A stretch of 64,000 nucleotides of DNA. It comes from an uncultured Trueperaceae bacterium (GTDB lineage: Bacteria > Deinococcota > Deinococci > Deinococcales > Trueperaceae). The notes under the pieces were generated by a model. That model did not search any database and was not told the DNA's origin. It saw nothing but the letters and a program-made list of their open reading frames with translations. Numbering within the stretch: the stretch's first letter is position 1; each line of letters begins with the position of its first letter. The stretch covers positions 1,800 through 65,799 of the forward strand of contig CALKAI010000046.1 in NCBI GenBank assembly GCA_937983275.1, given 5' to 3'. The position numbers and the translations under genes were made by a program. This document shows, in pieces, positions 18,741 through 28,699 of the stretch.

Positions 18741-20078
18741 ATGTTCAAGAAGATCCTCATCGCTAACAGGGGAGAGATAGCCTTGCGCATCCTCAGGGCC
18801 GCCCGCGAGCTGGGCGTCAAGACGGTGGTCGCCTACTCGGAGGTCGATGAGCCGTCCCTGCCGGTGCTGCTTGCCGACGAATCCATCTGCATTGGCCCCG
18901 GCCCCGCCGGCAAGTCGTACCTGAACGTGCGCAACCTGCTGTCGGCAGCCACCCTGACAGGCGCCGAGGCGATCCATCCCGGCTACGGTTTTCTGGCAGA
19001 GAACGCCGAGTTCGCCCAGAAGTGCGAGGAGCACAACCTGGTCTTCATCGGGCCCACGCCGCAGAGCATCCGCTCGATCGGCGACAAGGCCAGCGCCCGC
19101 AGGCTGGCCCAGGAGGCGAACGTGCCGGTCACACCCGGCTCCGACCCACTTGCCGACCTGCCCGAGGCGATAGGTTTCGCGAAGGAGATCGGCTACCCGG
19201 TGATCCTCAAGGCTTCGGCCGGGGGCGGTGGCCGGGGGATGCGGGTGGTGCACTCTCCCGACGCCCTCGAGCGTGCCTTCATCGCTGCTCAGGAGGAGGC
19301 GCGCGCCGCGTTCGGAAACCCCGAGCTCTACATGGAGAAGTACCTGGAGGAGCCGCGTCACGTCGAGATCCAGGTGTTCGGCGACGGCAAGGGCAACGTC
19401 ATCCACTTCTTCGACCGCGACTGCTCCATCCAGCGGCGCTACCAGAAGGTACTCGAGGAAGCCCCCTCCCTGCTCGATCCGGACCTGCGCGCCCGCATCG
19501 CCGAGTCGGCGGTGCGCCTCGCCCGGCACATCAACTACCGTGGCGCAGGAACCTGCGAATATCTGGTGGACAGGGAAGGCAACTTCTACTTCTCGGAGAT
19601 GAACACCCGGATCCAGGTGGAGCACCCGGTCACCGAGATGGTCACCCGCTTCGACCTCGTGCAGGAGCAGTTGCGCGTGGCCGCCGGCGAGGCGCTGAGC
19701 ATTTCCCAGGAGGATGTTCGCGTTGAGGGCCACTCGATCGAGGTGCGGGTTAACGCCGAGGATCCGGACAACGACTTCCGACCAGCCGCCGGCACCATCA
19801 CTGACCTACACTGGCCCGGGGGGCCCGGCGTACGCGTGGACTCGCATGTTTACGAGGGGTACAAGATTCCCCCGAACTACGACAGTCTCGTCGCCAAGAT
19901 CATCGTCTGGGCGAAGACACGGGAGGAGGCGATCGCACGCATGCAGCGGGCACTGAACGAAACTGTGATCGAAGGGGTGAAGACGACGATCCCGTTCCAC
20001 CTGCGTGTGCTCGACAACGCCTTCTACAAGCGTGGGGCCATCTACACGAACTTCATTGCACGGAGAATGAATGAGTGA
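18741..20078 (+). CDS. accC: Acetyl-CoA carboxylase biotin carboxylase subunit
   Basis: MFKKILIANRGEIALRILRAARELG..., the ATP-grasp body, and EMNTRIQVEHPVTE are canonical. Confidence 0.96.
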   Translation: MFKKILIANRGEIALRILRAARELGVKTVVAYSEVDEPSLPVLLADESICIGPGPAGKSYLNVRNLLSAATLTGAEAIHPGYGFLAENAEFAQKCEEHNLVFIGPTPQSIRSIGDKASARRLAQEANVPVTPGSDPLADLPEAIGFAKEIGYPVILKASAGGGGRGMRVVHSPDALERAFIAAQEEARAAFGNPELYMEKYLEEPRHVEIQVFGDGKGNVIHFFDRDCSIQRRYQKVLEEAPSLLDPDLRARIAESAVRLARHINYRGAGTCEYLVDREGNFYFSEMNTRIQVEHPVTEMVTRFDLVQEQLRVAAGEALSISQEDVRVEGHSIEVRVNAEDPDNDFRPAAGTITDLHWPGGPGVRVDSHVYEGYKIPPNYDSLVAKIIVWAKTREEAIARMQRALNETVIEGVKTTIPFHLRVLDNAFYKRGAIYTNFIARRMNE

Positions 20079-20415
20079 CGACAAGGAACTTGCCATCTCG
20101 CCTGACGTCCTCTACGGGATAGCGCAGCTGGCTCTGGAAGGCGTGGAAGGCCTGACGCCGGCGACTCCCACCCCGCGTGTCGGGGAGATCCTGAGCGGCC
20201 GCCGGGCGAAAGGTATCCGCATCGAGCGGCAGGGCGACAAGGTGCGCATCGCGCTGAACGTGAGCGTCACCTACGGCAAGGCAATCCCTGAGATTGCCTC
20301 CCAGGCCCAGCAGGCCGTCCGGGAGGCCGTCGCCTCGATGACAGGACTCGAGGTCGAAACGGTAAACCTTCAGGTCGACAGCGTCGATGTTCCGGCGGAG
20401 CTGCCCGGTGGCTAG
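20071..20415 (+). CDS. Asp23/Gls24-family envelope stress (alkaline shock) protein
   Basis: The 114-aa protein shows the Asp23 pattern ISPDVLYGIAQLALEGVEGL...VNLQVDSV. It overlaps the end of accC by 8 nt. Confidence 0.85.
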   Translation: MSDDKELAISPDVLYGIAQLALEGVEGLTPATPTPRVGEILSGRRAKGIRIERQGDKVRIALNVSVTYGKAIPEIASQAQQAVREAVASMTGLEVETVNLQVDSVDVPAELPGG

Positions 20416-20866
20416 ACGCAAAGCGAGAGAACTCGCCTTCCGAACACTGTTCGAAGCGGACCGGGGTGGAACCCCGGTCTTAGATGTTTGGAGGCAGGTA
20501 CGCGCGGAACTGGCAGAGTCAGGCGAGGAGGATGAGGTTGACGCCGCCTACGGCGATACCCTCGACCGCGAGGGCATCGAGTTTGCGGAACGGCTCCTGA
20601 CCCTCTTCACCGAGAACCGGGAGGAGATCGACAAGCGGCTTGAGGATTCGCTCACTGGCTGGAGTTTCGGGCAAATGAACCAGAGTGACCTGAACGTCCT
20701 GCGGCTTGCCGCTACCGAACTCCTCTACGAGGAGGGCGTTCCCCCCAAGGTGACGCTGGAGATGGCTGTGCGGATCGCCAAGCGCTTCGGCGGGGAAGAG
20801 TCGGGCAAGTTCGTGAACGGCGTTCTCGCTGCTCTCTATCGCAGCACGGGCGCCAGGGAGCAGTGA
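20408..20866 (+). CDS. nusB: Transcription antitermination factor NusB
   Basis: RRKARELAFRTLFE...LNVLRLAATELLYE...IAKRFGGEESGKFVNGVL is canonical NusB. I prefer the GTG at 20408; the longest ORF starts at 20387. Confidence 0.9.
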   Translation: MARRKARELAFRTLFEADRGGTPVLDVWRQVRAELAESGEEDEVDAAYGDTLDREGIEFAERLLTLFTENREEIDKRLEDSLTGWSFGQMNQSDLNVLRLAATELLYEEGVPPKVTLEMAVRIAKRFGGEESGKFVNGVLAALYRSTGAREQ

Positions 20867-20867
20867 G

Positions 20868-21707
20868 GTGTCGGCTCGCGTCCTTTCGGGCAAGGAGGTA
20901 GCCGCCGGTCTGGTCGAGAGGCTGCGCAAGACGACTGAGTCGCTTCCCTACAGGCTGTCGCTGGTTTTCATAAGGGCGGGCGATGACCCGGCAAGCGCAA
21001 GCTACGTCCGCTCGAAGGCGAGGCTGGCCAGCAAGGCCGGCATCGACTCCCGCACGATCGTGCTGCAGCCCGGGGTAGCGCAACAGGAGCTCCTTGACCT
21101 GATAGGACAGCTGAATGCCGATGAGCAGATCGATGGGATCCTGCTGCAACTGCCCCTGTACGGTCACCTGGACAGCAGGCCGCTGCTCGAGGCCATCTCG
21201 CCCGCTAAAGATGTTGACGGCCTGCATCCGGTGAACGTTGGCCGCCTGTGGTCCGGTGAGGACGGCCTGTTTCCGGCCACCCCTGTGGGCCTGATCGAAA
21301 TCCTTGATCATTTCGATATTCCCATTTCCGGCAAGCGGGTCGTGATAGTCGGGCGCTCAAACCTCGTCGGGAAGCCGGCCGCCGGTCTGTTCCTGCGGCG
21401 CGATGCCACCGTTACGGTCGCCCACTCGCGTACGGTGGGGCTCGCAGATGTGACAAGGGAAGCCGATATTCTCGTCGCCGCGGTAGGACGCGCCGGCTTC
21501 ATAGAGCCGCACATGGTGAAGCCCGGAGCGACGGTGCTCGACGTGGGGCAATCCAGCAGCGGGGAGGGTGGGCTCAGGGGAGACGTATCTCCAGAGGTAG
21601 CTGCGGTTGCCGGTGCGGTGACTCCCACCCCGGGTGGTACGGGCCCCATGACTGTGGCCAGCGTGATCGCCAACACGGTCAAGGCTGGGGTGGCCAGGCG
21701 AGGTTGA
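20868..21707 (+). CDS. folD: Bifunctional methylenetetrahydrofolate dehydrogenase/cyclohydrolase
   Basis: SYVRSKARLA, DGILLQLPL, VVIVGRSNLVGKP and TPTPGGTGPMTVA are canonical FolD motifs. Confidence 0.95.
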   Translation: MSARVLSGKEVAAGLVERLRKTTESLPYRLSLVFIRAGDDPASASYVRSKARLASKAGIDSRTIVLQPGVAQQELLDLIGQLNADEQIDGILLQLPLYGHLDSRPLLEAISPAKDVDGLHPVNVGRLWSGEDGLFPATPVGLIEILDHFDIPISGKRVVIVGRSNLVGKPAAGLFLRRDATVTVAHSRTVGLADVTREADILVAAVGRAGFIEPHMVKPGATVLDVGQSSSGEGGLRGDVSPEVAAVAGAVTPTPGGTGPMTVASVIANTVKAGVARRG

Positions 21708-22156
21708 ACGTGGATTCCGTATTTCAGAACGTACCCCTGATTGCCGCCGTCGTTGCAACGATTGCAGCGCAGGCGTTGAAGGTACTCATTGTCATGATCG
21801 CAGAACGTCGGCTCGTGCTGGCGCGCCTGCTCGAGACGGGAGGAATGCCCTCCTCCCACTCGGCTGCAGTAGCTGCGGTGGCCACCAGTCTTGGTCTCAT
21901 TTACGGCTGGGGCAGCCCGCAGTTCGCCATCGCAGCGGTCTTCGGATCGATTGTCATGTACGACGCGACCGGCATCCGGCGGGCCGCAGGAATGCAGGCC
22001 GAACTCATCAACGACCTCGTGGGTGAACTTGCCCACCTCTTCGACGAGGGGTTCCAGCCCCAGGCCCTGAAGACCCTGCTGGGTCACACCTACCCCCAGG
22101 TCCTGGTCGGCGCACTGCTGGGCATCGGCTGCGGACTTGCCATAACCTGGAATTAA
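21704..22156 (+). CDS. Divergent PAP2 / DUF212 (acid phosphatase-vanadium haloperoxidase related) membrane protein
   Basis: The GGMPSSHSAAVAAV...MYDATGIRRAAG pattern is typical of DUF212. The start codon overlaps the folD stop codon. Confidence 0.8.
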   Translation: MNVDSVFQNVPLIAAVVATIAAQALKVLIVMIAERRLVLARLLETGGMPSSHSAAVAAVATSLGLIYGWGSPQFAIAAVFGSIVMYDATGIRRAAGMQAELINDLVGELAHLFDEGFQPQALKTLLGHTYPQVLVGALLGIGCGLAITWN

Positions 22157-22167
22157 TGGGGCGCCCC

Positions 22168-22830
22168 TCAGGCACGGTTGCCGTCCTTCCCGTCATCCCC
22201 CTGCCCGGCCATCAGCGCGAGTGGCGACCGCTTGGGGGCAAGTGCGACCACAGCCAGCAGCACCTTGCTTGCGCCAATGCTGACGAGGGCGTCCCGGCAT
22301 GCGCTTGCGGTTGCGCCCGTGGTGTAGACGTCGTCGATGAGCAGCACCCGAGCGGGCGCGTACGCGCGGGCAGGCGCATAGCTCTGATAGGCATTGGCAA
22401 TGCGCTGCAGCGGATCGAGACGACTTTGCTTGCTGCCCGATTCTTTCCTGTTCAGCAGATGGAGCAGTGGCTTGCCCAGCTCACGCCTTACCACCTCAGC
22501 AAGTTCGCGGGCCTGATCAAAGCCACGTTCGCGGCGTCCCCGTCGGGAGACAGGCACGTAGGCGACACAGTCAATCTTCCAGCCGGCGGCCGCGACCTGC
22601 GCTGCGACCGCCCTGCCCAGCGGGCGGGCCAGACGCCTGTTACCTGCGAACTTGAACGCCCGCACCGTTCGCCGCAAATTACCTCGGTAGTAGCCGAGTG
22701 CGATGAGCCCGGGCAGTTCGATCGGCGTGAACAGCCGGACCCTGCAGTCGGCGCACAATCCGTCCTCTTCGGGCCAGTCTGCTTCGCACGAGGGGCACGT
22801 GCCGGTCAATGCCGGGAGCAGCCTGAACAT
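22168..22830 (-). CDS. comF: ComF-family phosphoribosyltransferase-domain protein
   Basis: The N-terminus has a Cys4 zinc-finger pattern (CPSCEADW...CADCRVRL). The C-terminal PRTase motif is VLLIDDVYTTGATA. Confidence 0.8.
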   Translation of the reverse strand: MFRLLPALTGTCPSCEADWPEEDGLCADCRVRLFTPIELPGLIALGYYRGNLRRTVRAFKFAGNRRLARPLGRAVAAQVAAAGWKIDCVAYVPVSRRGRRERGFDQARELAEVVRRELGKPLLHLLNRKESGSKQSRLDPLQRIANAYQSYAPARAYAPARVLLIDDVYTTGATASACRDALVSIGASKVLLAVVALAPKRSPLALMAGQGDDGKDGNRA

Positions 22831-22941
22831 GCTTCAGGATAGGCGAACCCCGTGACCGGTTATTGAGGTGCCGGGAGAATTGCCGTCCAGAACCGGGCGT
22901 TTACTTATATGCAGCGTAGAGCGGCACAGGCACGCACGGTC

Positions 22942-23970
22942 TCAGCTGGTGCGCTTCGCCATGGTCTCCAGGAGGACGCGCAACTGCTCCTGCGCACCGC
23001 GCCCAGGGAGCTGCTGTGACGCTTCCTGGAACAGTTCGAGGCCCTCGTCGGCATAACCCGCCGCAACCTCCTGCGCGTACTCGAGCGAGCGGTAGTGGCG
23101 AATCAGCTGGAGGAGCCGTTCCACATCATTGGCCGTTCGTTCCCGGCGGGGGCGCGACAATCTCTCCATCGCTTCGTCGCGGTGACCTGCACTCGCGTGG
23201 GAAAGCAGGTGGGCCAGGATGAGCGTACGCTTGCCCTCGTACAGGTCGCCGGCGAACTCCTTGCCGTACTCCTCGCCGCCCAGCAGGTTAAGGACATCGT
23301 CACGGATCTGGAACGCCACGCCCAGCTTCTCGCCCGCTGCTGCCAGCTGGTCGCCGGGCTGCACGCCCGCGCAAATTGCACCAAGCCGCAGGGGAGTCAC
23401 CACCGTATAGAGAGCCGTCTTCAGGCGCACCATTTCGAGGTACTCGTCTTCGGTTATGTCCAGTCGTCCATCCAGTACCCAGCTGAGGTCGAGATGCTGG
23501 CCCTCGGCCGTCCGATGGATGGTGTGCACGAACTCGGCGAGAACTGCCCGGGGCAAGTCCTTGTCGCGCAGCAAGAGGTCCCACATGTAGACGTGGAGAC
23601 CGTCGCCCACATTTATTGCGACGGGCACTCCGACAAGCTTGTGCAGCGCAGGTGAACCGCGCCGCTCATCCGAGTCGTCCTCGATGTCGTCGTGGATGAG
23701 TACCCAGTCCTGGAAGAGTTCGATGGCTGCTGCAGGTGTCGTTACGCTCTCTGGTGTGCCCCCGTGGGCGAGCGCTGACAGCAGCGTGATGCGCGAACGG
23801 ATGCCCTTGCCGGCGCGCGCCGGGTACTCCCTGAGAAGCGCGTAATACTCTGCCAGACTGGGGTTGGCGTGTTCGCTCGGCAGTAGGTCGTTCACCACCT
23901 GCCTGACGCGCTCGTCGAGTCGCGCTACTTGAGTTGCTATTTCGGCGGCGTTGTCAGTCAACTGAGGCAA
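22942..23970 (-). CDS. Polyprenyl diphosphate synthase family protein (GGPP-synthase-like)
   Basis: The first Asp-rich motif is LIHDDIEDDSDERRG and the second is FQIRDDVLNL. The ORF uses a TTG start. Confidence 0.9.
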   Translation of the reverse strand: MPQLTDNAAEIATQVARLDERVRQVVNDLLPSEHANPSLAEYYALLREYPARAGKGIRSRITLLSALAHGGTPESVTTPAAAIELFQDWVLIHDDIEDDSDERRGSPALHKLVGVPVAINVGDGLHVYMWDLLLRDKDLPRAVLAEFVHTIHRTAEGQHLDLSWVLDGRLDITEDEYLEMVRLKTALYTVVTPLRLGAICAGVQPGDQLAAAGEKLGVAFQIRDDVLNLLGGEEYGKEFAGDLYEGKRTLILAHLLSHASAGHRDEAMERLSRPRRERTANDVERLLQLIRHYRSLEYAQEVAAGYADEGLELFQEASQQLPGRGAQEQLRVLLETMAKRTS

Positions 23971-23971
23971 T

Positions 23972-24166
23972 TCAGCGGAAGATCAGCTGGGTGAGCACCC
24001 AGGCCGTGAGGAGCAGCCCCAGTATGAAGATAAGCAGGTAGGGGAGGGAGGTGATGTAGCTGCGCATGATCAGTCGCCAGATATCCCGTTTTCTGAACGG
24101 AGATTGGCGGGATCCATTGTTTACGGAATCCCGCCTCTCCTCGTTCTTGCCCTCCCGTTCAGGCAC
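23972..24166 (-). CDS. Hypothetical small membrane protein (64 aa from GTG, or 31 aa from ATG 24067)
   Basis: The ORF fills the gap between oppF and the polyprenyl synthase gene. It has a single C-terminal TM helix (LPYLLIFILGLLLTAWVLTQLIF). I recognise no homolog. Confidence 0.35.
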   Translation of the reverse strand: MPEREGKNEERRDSVNNGSRQSPFRKRDIWRLIMRSYITSLPYLLIFILGLLLTAWVLTQLIFR

Positions 24167-24171
24167 GGTTA

Positions 24172-25188
24172 TCAGGGCCGGCGAATGCAGGCCTTGAAGT
24201 GTTCCGGGTCGTCACCGACCTGCTCCAGCGGCGGAACTACCTTCGCGCACTCATCAATCGCGATCGGGCAGCGGGTACGGAACACGCAACCGGAGGGCGG
24301 GTTGATGGGGGAGGGGATGTCACCCTGGAGGATGATCCGCTCACGCTTCACGGTCGGGTCCGGGATCGGCACGGCCGAGAGCAATGCCTCGGTGTAGGGG
24401 TGTACCGGGTTGCGGTAAAGCTCCTTGGCCGGCGCGATCTCCATGATGCGGCCAAGGTACATGACGATAACCTTGTCGCTGATGTACTCGACGACCCCCA
24501 GGTCGTGAGCGATGAACAGGAGCGTAAGGCCAAGCTCCTCCTTCAGGTCCTGCAGCAGGTTGACCACCTGGGCCTGAATGGAGACGTCAAGGGCGCTTAC
24601 CGGCTCGTCGGCGACGATGAACGACGGGTCGACCGCAAGTGCGCGGGCGATACCGATGCGCTGCCGCTGACCACCGGAGAACTCGTGCGGGTAGCGGCGC
24701 ATGTGGGACGGTGACATGCCCACGCGTTGCAGCAGATCTGCAACCCGCTCTTCACGGGCCTTGCCGCGGGCCAGCTTATGGATTTCCAGTGCCTCGCCAA
24801 TGATGTCGCCCACCGTCATGCGGGGGTTCAGGCTGGCGAAGGGGTCCTGGAAGATGATCTGCATCTCCTTGCGGTACTCCCGCATCTGGCTCTTGTTCAG
24901 CTTGGTGACGTCAACGCCGTTGAACTTCACCTCGCCGCTGGTGGGTTCGATGAGGCGCAGGATGCTGCGGCCGGCAGTAGTCTTTCCGCTTCCGGATTCC
25001 CCCACCAGGCCTACCACTTCGCCGGGTTTGATGGCGAAGGAGACGTCCTCGACAGCCTTCACGTTGGCGACTACGCGGGAGAAGATACCGCCGCGGATCG
25101 GGAAGTACTTGCGCAGGTTGTTGACTTCGAGGAGGTTCTTGCTCTCGGTCTTGTCCGTGTTGACAGCTTCAGCTGGCTTGGTTGTCAT
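24172..25188 (-). CDS. Oligopeptide/dipeptide ABC transporter ATP-binding protein (OppF/DppF type)
   Basis: Walker [10 protein letters not shown], signature [15 protein letters not shown], Walker [13 protein letters not shown] and the C-terminal oligopeptide-type extension ([11 protein letters not shown]) are present. Confidence 0.93.
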   Translation of the reverse strand: MTTKPAEAVNTDKTESKNLLEVNNLRKYFPIRGGIFSRVVANVKAVEDVSFAIKPGEVVGLVGESGSGKTTAGRSILRLIEPTSGEVKFNGVDVTKLNKSQMREYRKEMQIIFQDPFASLNPRMTVGDIIGEALEIHKLARGKAREERVADLLQRVGMSPSHMRRYPHEFSGGQRQRIGIARALAVDPSFIVADEPVSALDVSIQAQVVNLLQDLKEELGLTLLFIAHDLGVVEYISDKVIVMYLGRIMEIAPAKELYRNPVHPYTEALLSAVPIPDPTVKRERIILQGDIPSPINPPSGCVFRTRCPIAIDECAKVVPPLEQVGDDPEHFKACIRRP

Positions 25189-26198
25189 GCTGGCACCTCT
25201 TGCCGCAGGTCGATCTCATCCCACCGTACGCAGCGCACCATGTGGCCGTCACCGGTGTCTTCCAGCGGGGGCACCGCTGCCTTGCACTTATCCTGCGCAA
25301 ACTTGCAGCGCGGGTGGAAGGCGCAGCCCTCGGGCAGGTAGAGCGGGTTGGGTACGTTGCCGGGAATGGCTTCGAGCCTCTCCTGATGAATGGCAGCGCG
25401 ATCGACCCGCGGAATCGAGTTCATGAGCCCAACCGTGTATGGCATACGCGGGTTGGCAAATATCTGCTTTACATCGCCCTCTTCGACGGCGCGGCCGGCA
25501 TACATGACGACCACACGGTCAGCAACTTCCGCAACCACACCGAGGTCGTGGGTGATGAAGAGGACCGACATCCCGATCTCACGCTGCAGCTGCTTGATGA
25601 GATCCAGGATCTGGGCCTGAATGGTCACGTCGAGAGCTGTCGTGGGTTCGTCAGCAATAAGGAGCTTCGGGCTGCACGAAAGCGCCATGGCAATCATCAC
25701 GCGCTGCCGCATCCCGCCGGACATCTGGTGGGGGTAGTTCTTGACGCGCTTGGCCGGCTCGGGAATCCCGACGAGGTCGAGCATGTCCGTCGCCAGCTTC
25801 ATTGCCTGGCGCTTCGTCTTGCCCTGGTGGAGCACGATCGCCTCCGCTATCTGATCACCAACGGTGTAGACAGGGTTGAGGCTGGTCATCGGCTCCTGGA
25901 AGATCATGGAAATATCGTTACCGCGAATCCGGCGCATTTCGCGCTCGGACTTCTTCACCAGATCCTGTCCCTCGAAGAGGATCTCACCGCCGGCGATCCG
26001 TCCCGGAGGCGTAGGAATAAGGCGCATGGTGCTCAGGCTCGTCACGCTCTTGCCCGAGCCACTCTCACCCACGACAGCGAGGGTTTCGCCCTTATTGATA
26101 TGGAACGACACGCCATCAACTGCTTTTACCGTTCCCTCATCCGTATCGAAATACGTCCTGAGGTCGTTGACTTCCAGCAAACGGTCGGCTTTAGCCAT
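25185..26198 (-). CDS. Oligopeptide/dipeptide ABC transporter ATP-binding protein (OppD/DppD type)
   Basis: Walker A GESGSGKS, signature [15 protein letters not shown], Walker [12 protein letters not shown] and the C-terminal motif [10 protein letters not shown] are present. It overlaps oppF by 4 nt. Confidence 0.93.
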   Translation of the reverse strand: MAKADRLLEVNDLRTYFDTDEGTVKAVDGVSFHINKGETLAVVGESGSGKSVTSLSTMRLIPTPPGRIAGGEILFEGQDLVKKSEREMRRIRGNDISMIFQEPMTSLNPVYTVGDQIAEAIVLHQGKTKRQAMKLATDMLDLVGIPEPAKRVKNYPHQMSGGMRQRVMIAMALSCSPKLLIADEPTTALDVTIQAQILDLIKQLQREIGMSVLFITHDLGVVAEVADRVVVMYAGRAVEEGDVKQIFANPRMPYTVGLMNSIPRVDRAAIHQERLEAIPGNVPNPLYLPEGCAFHPRCKFAQDKCKAAVPPLEDTGDGHMVRCVRWDEIDLRQEVPA

Positions 26199-26354
26199 TG
26201 CTGCGAACTCTCCTAACTGGCCCTAGCGTCGCCGAGTAGTGAAGCTTATAAATTCCCTCATCGGCGCAAATGCTACCCCGATTCGGAACAGAATAACCTG
26301 AAACTGCAGCTTTGGCCCAGAGTCTTTCTGGAGCTGGCGTTGCTGCTGACAACC

Positions 26355-27554
26355 TCATCGTCTCTTCTTCGGGTCGAAGGCATCCCGCAGCCCGTCGCCG
26401 ACCAGGTTCCAGCTGAGAACCGCAAGGAAGATGGGAATGCCGGGAATCAGCAGCCAGGGAACGAACTGGATGGATATTCCACGGGCAGTGGCGTCCCTCA
26501 GCATGAGTCCCCAGCTGGAGGTGTCGGTTTCACTTGGACCGAGGCCCAGGAACGACAGGCCGGTCTCACCCAGGATGAATCCCGGAATGGAGAGCGTGAG
26601 CTGCACTATCACGTAGGAGGCAGTGGCAGGAAGCAGGTGACGCCACAGGATTCTCGTCTCACTGGCCCCCAGTGCCTTTGCTGCCGAGGCGTAGTCCATC
26701 TCACGTACCGACAGCACAAGTCCACGGATCACCCTGGCCAATCCACCCCAGCCGACGAAGCCGAGGACGAGGACGATCATCAGGTATGTTTGCCCCGAAG
26801 ACATCTCGAGACCGAAGGCCTGGGCGAGGGGATTTCGGGGGTCACGCAGGAGCGACGCGAGCACGACCAGCAGGAAGAGTTCCGGTATGGCGGCGAACAC
26901 TTCGACAAGTCGCATGACGAAGTTGTCGACCCACCCCCCATAGAACCCTGCCAGCCCGCCCAGCAGCAGCCCCAGCAGCAAGGAGACCCAGACCGCCAGC
27001 AGGCCCACTGTGAGTGAGATCTGTCCCCCGTAGAGGACACGGCTGAACACGTCCTTACCCAGGTTGTTGGTGCCCCACAGGAATATTCTTGCAGGGTCGT
27101 CAACCCCGAACAGGTGCAGGTCGCTTTCGAAGATCCCGAGGATCTTGTAGGTGGCCTGGGGACGCCTTACGAAGAACTTGATCGGGTACTTCTCGGAGGT
27201 GTCCTCGACGTAGACCCGCTGCCTGGTGACGGGGTCGCGCTCGGAGTCCATCGCATAGACGAACGGCCGGGTCAGGTTGCCGGTGTCCGGGTCCACCCAG
27301 TGGATCTTGGTGGGTGGCATGAAGGCGGTCACCGGGAAGGTCCTGTACTCGTTGATCCCGTAGGGGGCGATGAACCCGGCAAAGATCGTAAGCAGGTACA
27401 TGACCAGCAGGATTACCCCGCCGATGAGGGCTGCCTTGTGCTTGCGGAACTGCTCCCAGACTACCTGTGCCTGGCTCTTGCTTTGCGCCGCTGCGATCGG
27501 TCCAGCATCACGGGCGTCAATGTTCTGTGGAAACCTGGTTTGGTCGCTCATCAA
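26355..27554 (-). CDS. Peptide ABC transporter permease (OppC/DppC type)
   Basis: It has a BPD-transporter fold with the EAA-like loop (SAAKALGASETRILWRHLLP) and a long N-terminal periplasmic extension. Confidence 0.9.
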   Translation of the reverse strand: MMSDQTRFPQNIDARDAGPIAAAQSKSQAQVVWEQFRKHKAALIGGVILLVMYLLTIFAGFIAPYGINEYRTFPVTAFMPPTKIHWVDPDTGNLTRPFVYAMDSERDPVTRQRVYVEDTSEKYPIKFFVRRPQATYKILGIFESDLHLFGVDDPARIFLWGTNNLGKDVFSRVLYGGQISLTVGLLAVWVSLLLGLLLGGLAGFYGGWVDNFVMRLVEVFAAIPELFLLVVLASLLRDPRNPLAQAFGLEMSSGQTYLMIVLVLGFVGWGGLARVIRGLVLSVREMDYASAAKALGASETRILWRHLLPATASYVIVQLTLSIPGFILGETGLSFLGLGPSETDTSSWGLMLRDATARGISIQFVPWLLIPGIPIFLAVLSWNLVGDGLRDAFDPKKRR

Positions 27555-27560
27555 CTTTTC

Positions 27561-28562
27561 CTAGTCGTACCGAATCCTGGGGTCTACAGCGGCAAGCAGA
27601 AGGTCGGAAATCAGGTTGCCGATCATCAGGAGGATGGAGGAGACCACCAGCAGGCCCAGAACGACATAGATGTCCTGGCGGTTTAGTGCGTTCAGGAAGG
27701 TGGGCGTGATCCCGGGCCAGGACATGACCACTTCGACGAGTCCCGCACCGCCGATTAGGGTCGGCAGGATGCCGCCAATCCCGGCGATGAAGGGGATCAG
27801 TGCGGGACGCAGGGCGTGCTTGTAGGTGACCTTGCGTTCGCTGAGACCCTTCGCCCTGGCAGTGCGGATGAAGTCGCTGCTCAGGTACTCGAGCATTTGT
27901 CCGCGCAGCACTCGCGTGTAGCCGGCGATGCTGGCGGTTGCCACCACGAAACCGGGGATGATCATGTGCCTGAAGATGTCCCAGCGCTGCTCCCACCAGT
28001 TCATCGAGCTGTGGTCCGAGCTTGTCATGCCTGCAACCGGCAGGATCACCTCGTTGAACCCGAAGGCTTCGCGTGTCCACGAGCGCAGGACGAAGACGAG
28101 CAGAACGATCACCTGGGCAAAGAAGAAGTTGGGGATGGCGAGGCCAAAGTAGGCGAAGGCGCTAACGAGCTGGTCGCCCAGGCTGTACTGGCGAACGGCG
28201 CTGTAGACGCCCAGGGGAATCGAGATGAGCCAGAGCAGGATGATCGAGAAGACCACCAGCACCATGGAGTTCATGATGGGTTCTCCGATAACACGGTTGA
28301 CGGGCTGGTTACCGGAGAAGGAGAGACCCAGGTCACCCTGGAGGATGTTGGCCATCCAGCGGAAGTACTGCACGGTCCAGTGCTGGTCCAGCCCATACAT
28401 TGCGCGAAGCCTGGCGACCGTCTCAGGCCGTACGCCCGGCTCGAGGAGCTTCTGCGTAAAGAAGTCACCCGGTACCAGCTGGCTGATAACAAACGCGAGT
28501 AGCGTGGCTCCCAGGAAAGTCGGGATCAGGTGAAAGAATCGGCGAATTATGTACGAGAGCAA
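27561..28562 (-). CDS. Peptide ABC transporter permease (OppB/DppB type)
   Basis: The canonical N-terminus LSYIIRRFFHLIPTFLGATLLAFV begins at a TTG (28562), 7 nt after AGGAGG. The EAA loop is RTARAKGLSERKVTYKHALRPALIP. The longer track ORF (to 28679) is an over-extension. Confidence 0.9.
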   Translation of the reverse strand: MLSYIIRRFFHLIPTFLGATLLAFVISQLVPGDFFTQKLLEPGVRPETVARLRAMYGLDQHWTVQYFRWMANILQGDLGLSFSGNQPVNRVIGEPIMNSMVLVVFSIILLWLISIPLGVYSAVRQYSLGDQLVSAFAYFGLAIPNFFFAQVIVLLVFVLRSWTREAFGFNEVILPVAGMTSSDHSSMNWWEQRWDIFRHMIIPGFVVATASIAGYTRVLRGQMLEYLSSDFIRTARAKGLSERKVTYKHALRPALIPFIAGIGGILPTLIGGAGLVEVVMSWPGITPTFLNALNRQDIYVVLGLLVVSSILLMIGNLISDLLLAAVDPRIRYD

Positions 28563-28699
28563 GCGGGGGCCTCCTGCGGCATTGATATTTCGTGGCAGGC
28601 AGTAAAGATCATTAGCAGAAAAAAATAAGGTGTGGAAGGGTTCTGAGTAGTGTGGTGGGTGACAAGAGTCACCCACCACCAGTTCTGCGGTTCTTCTAC

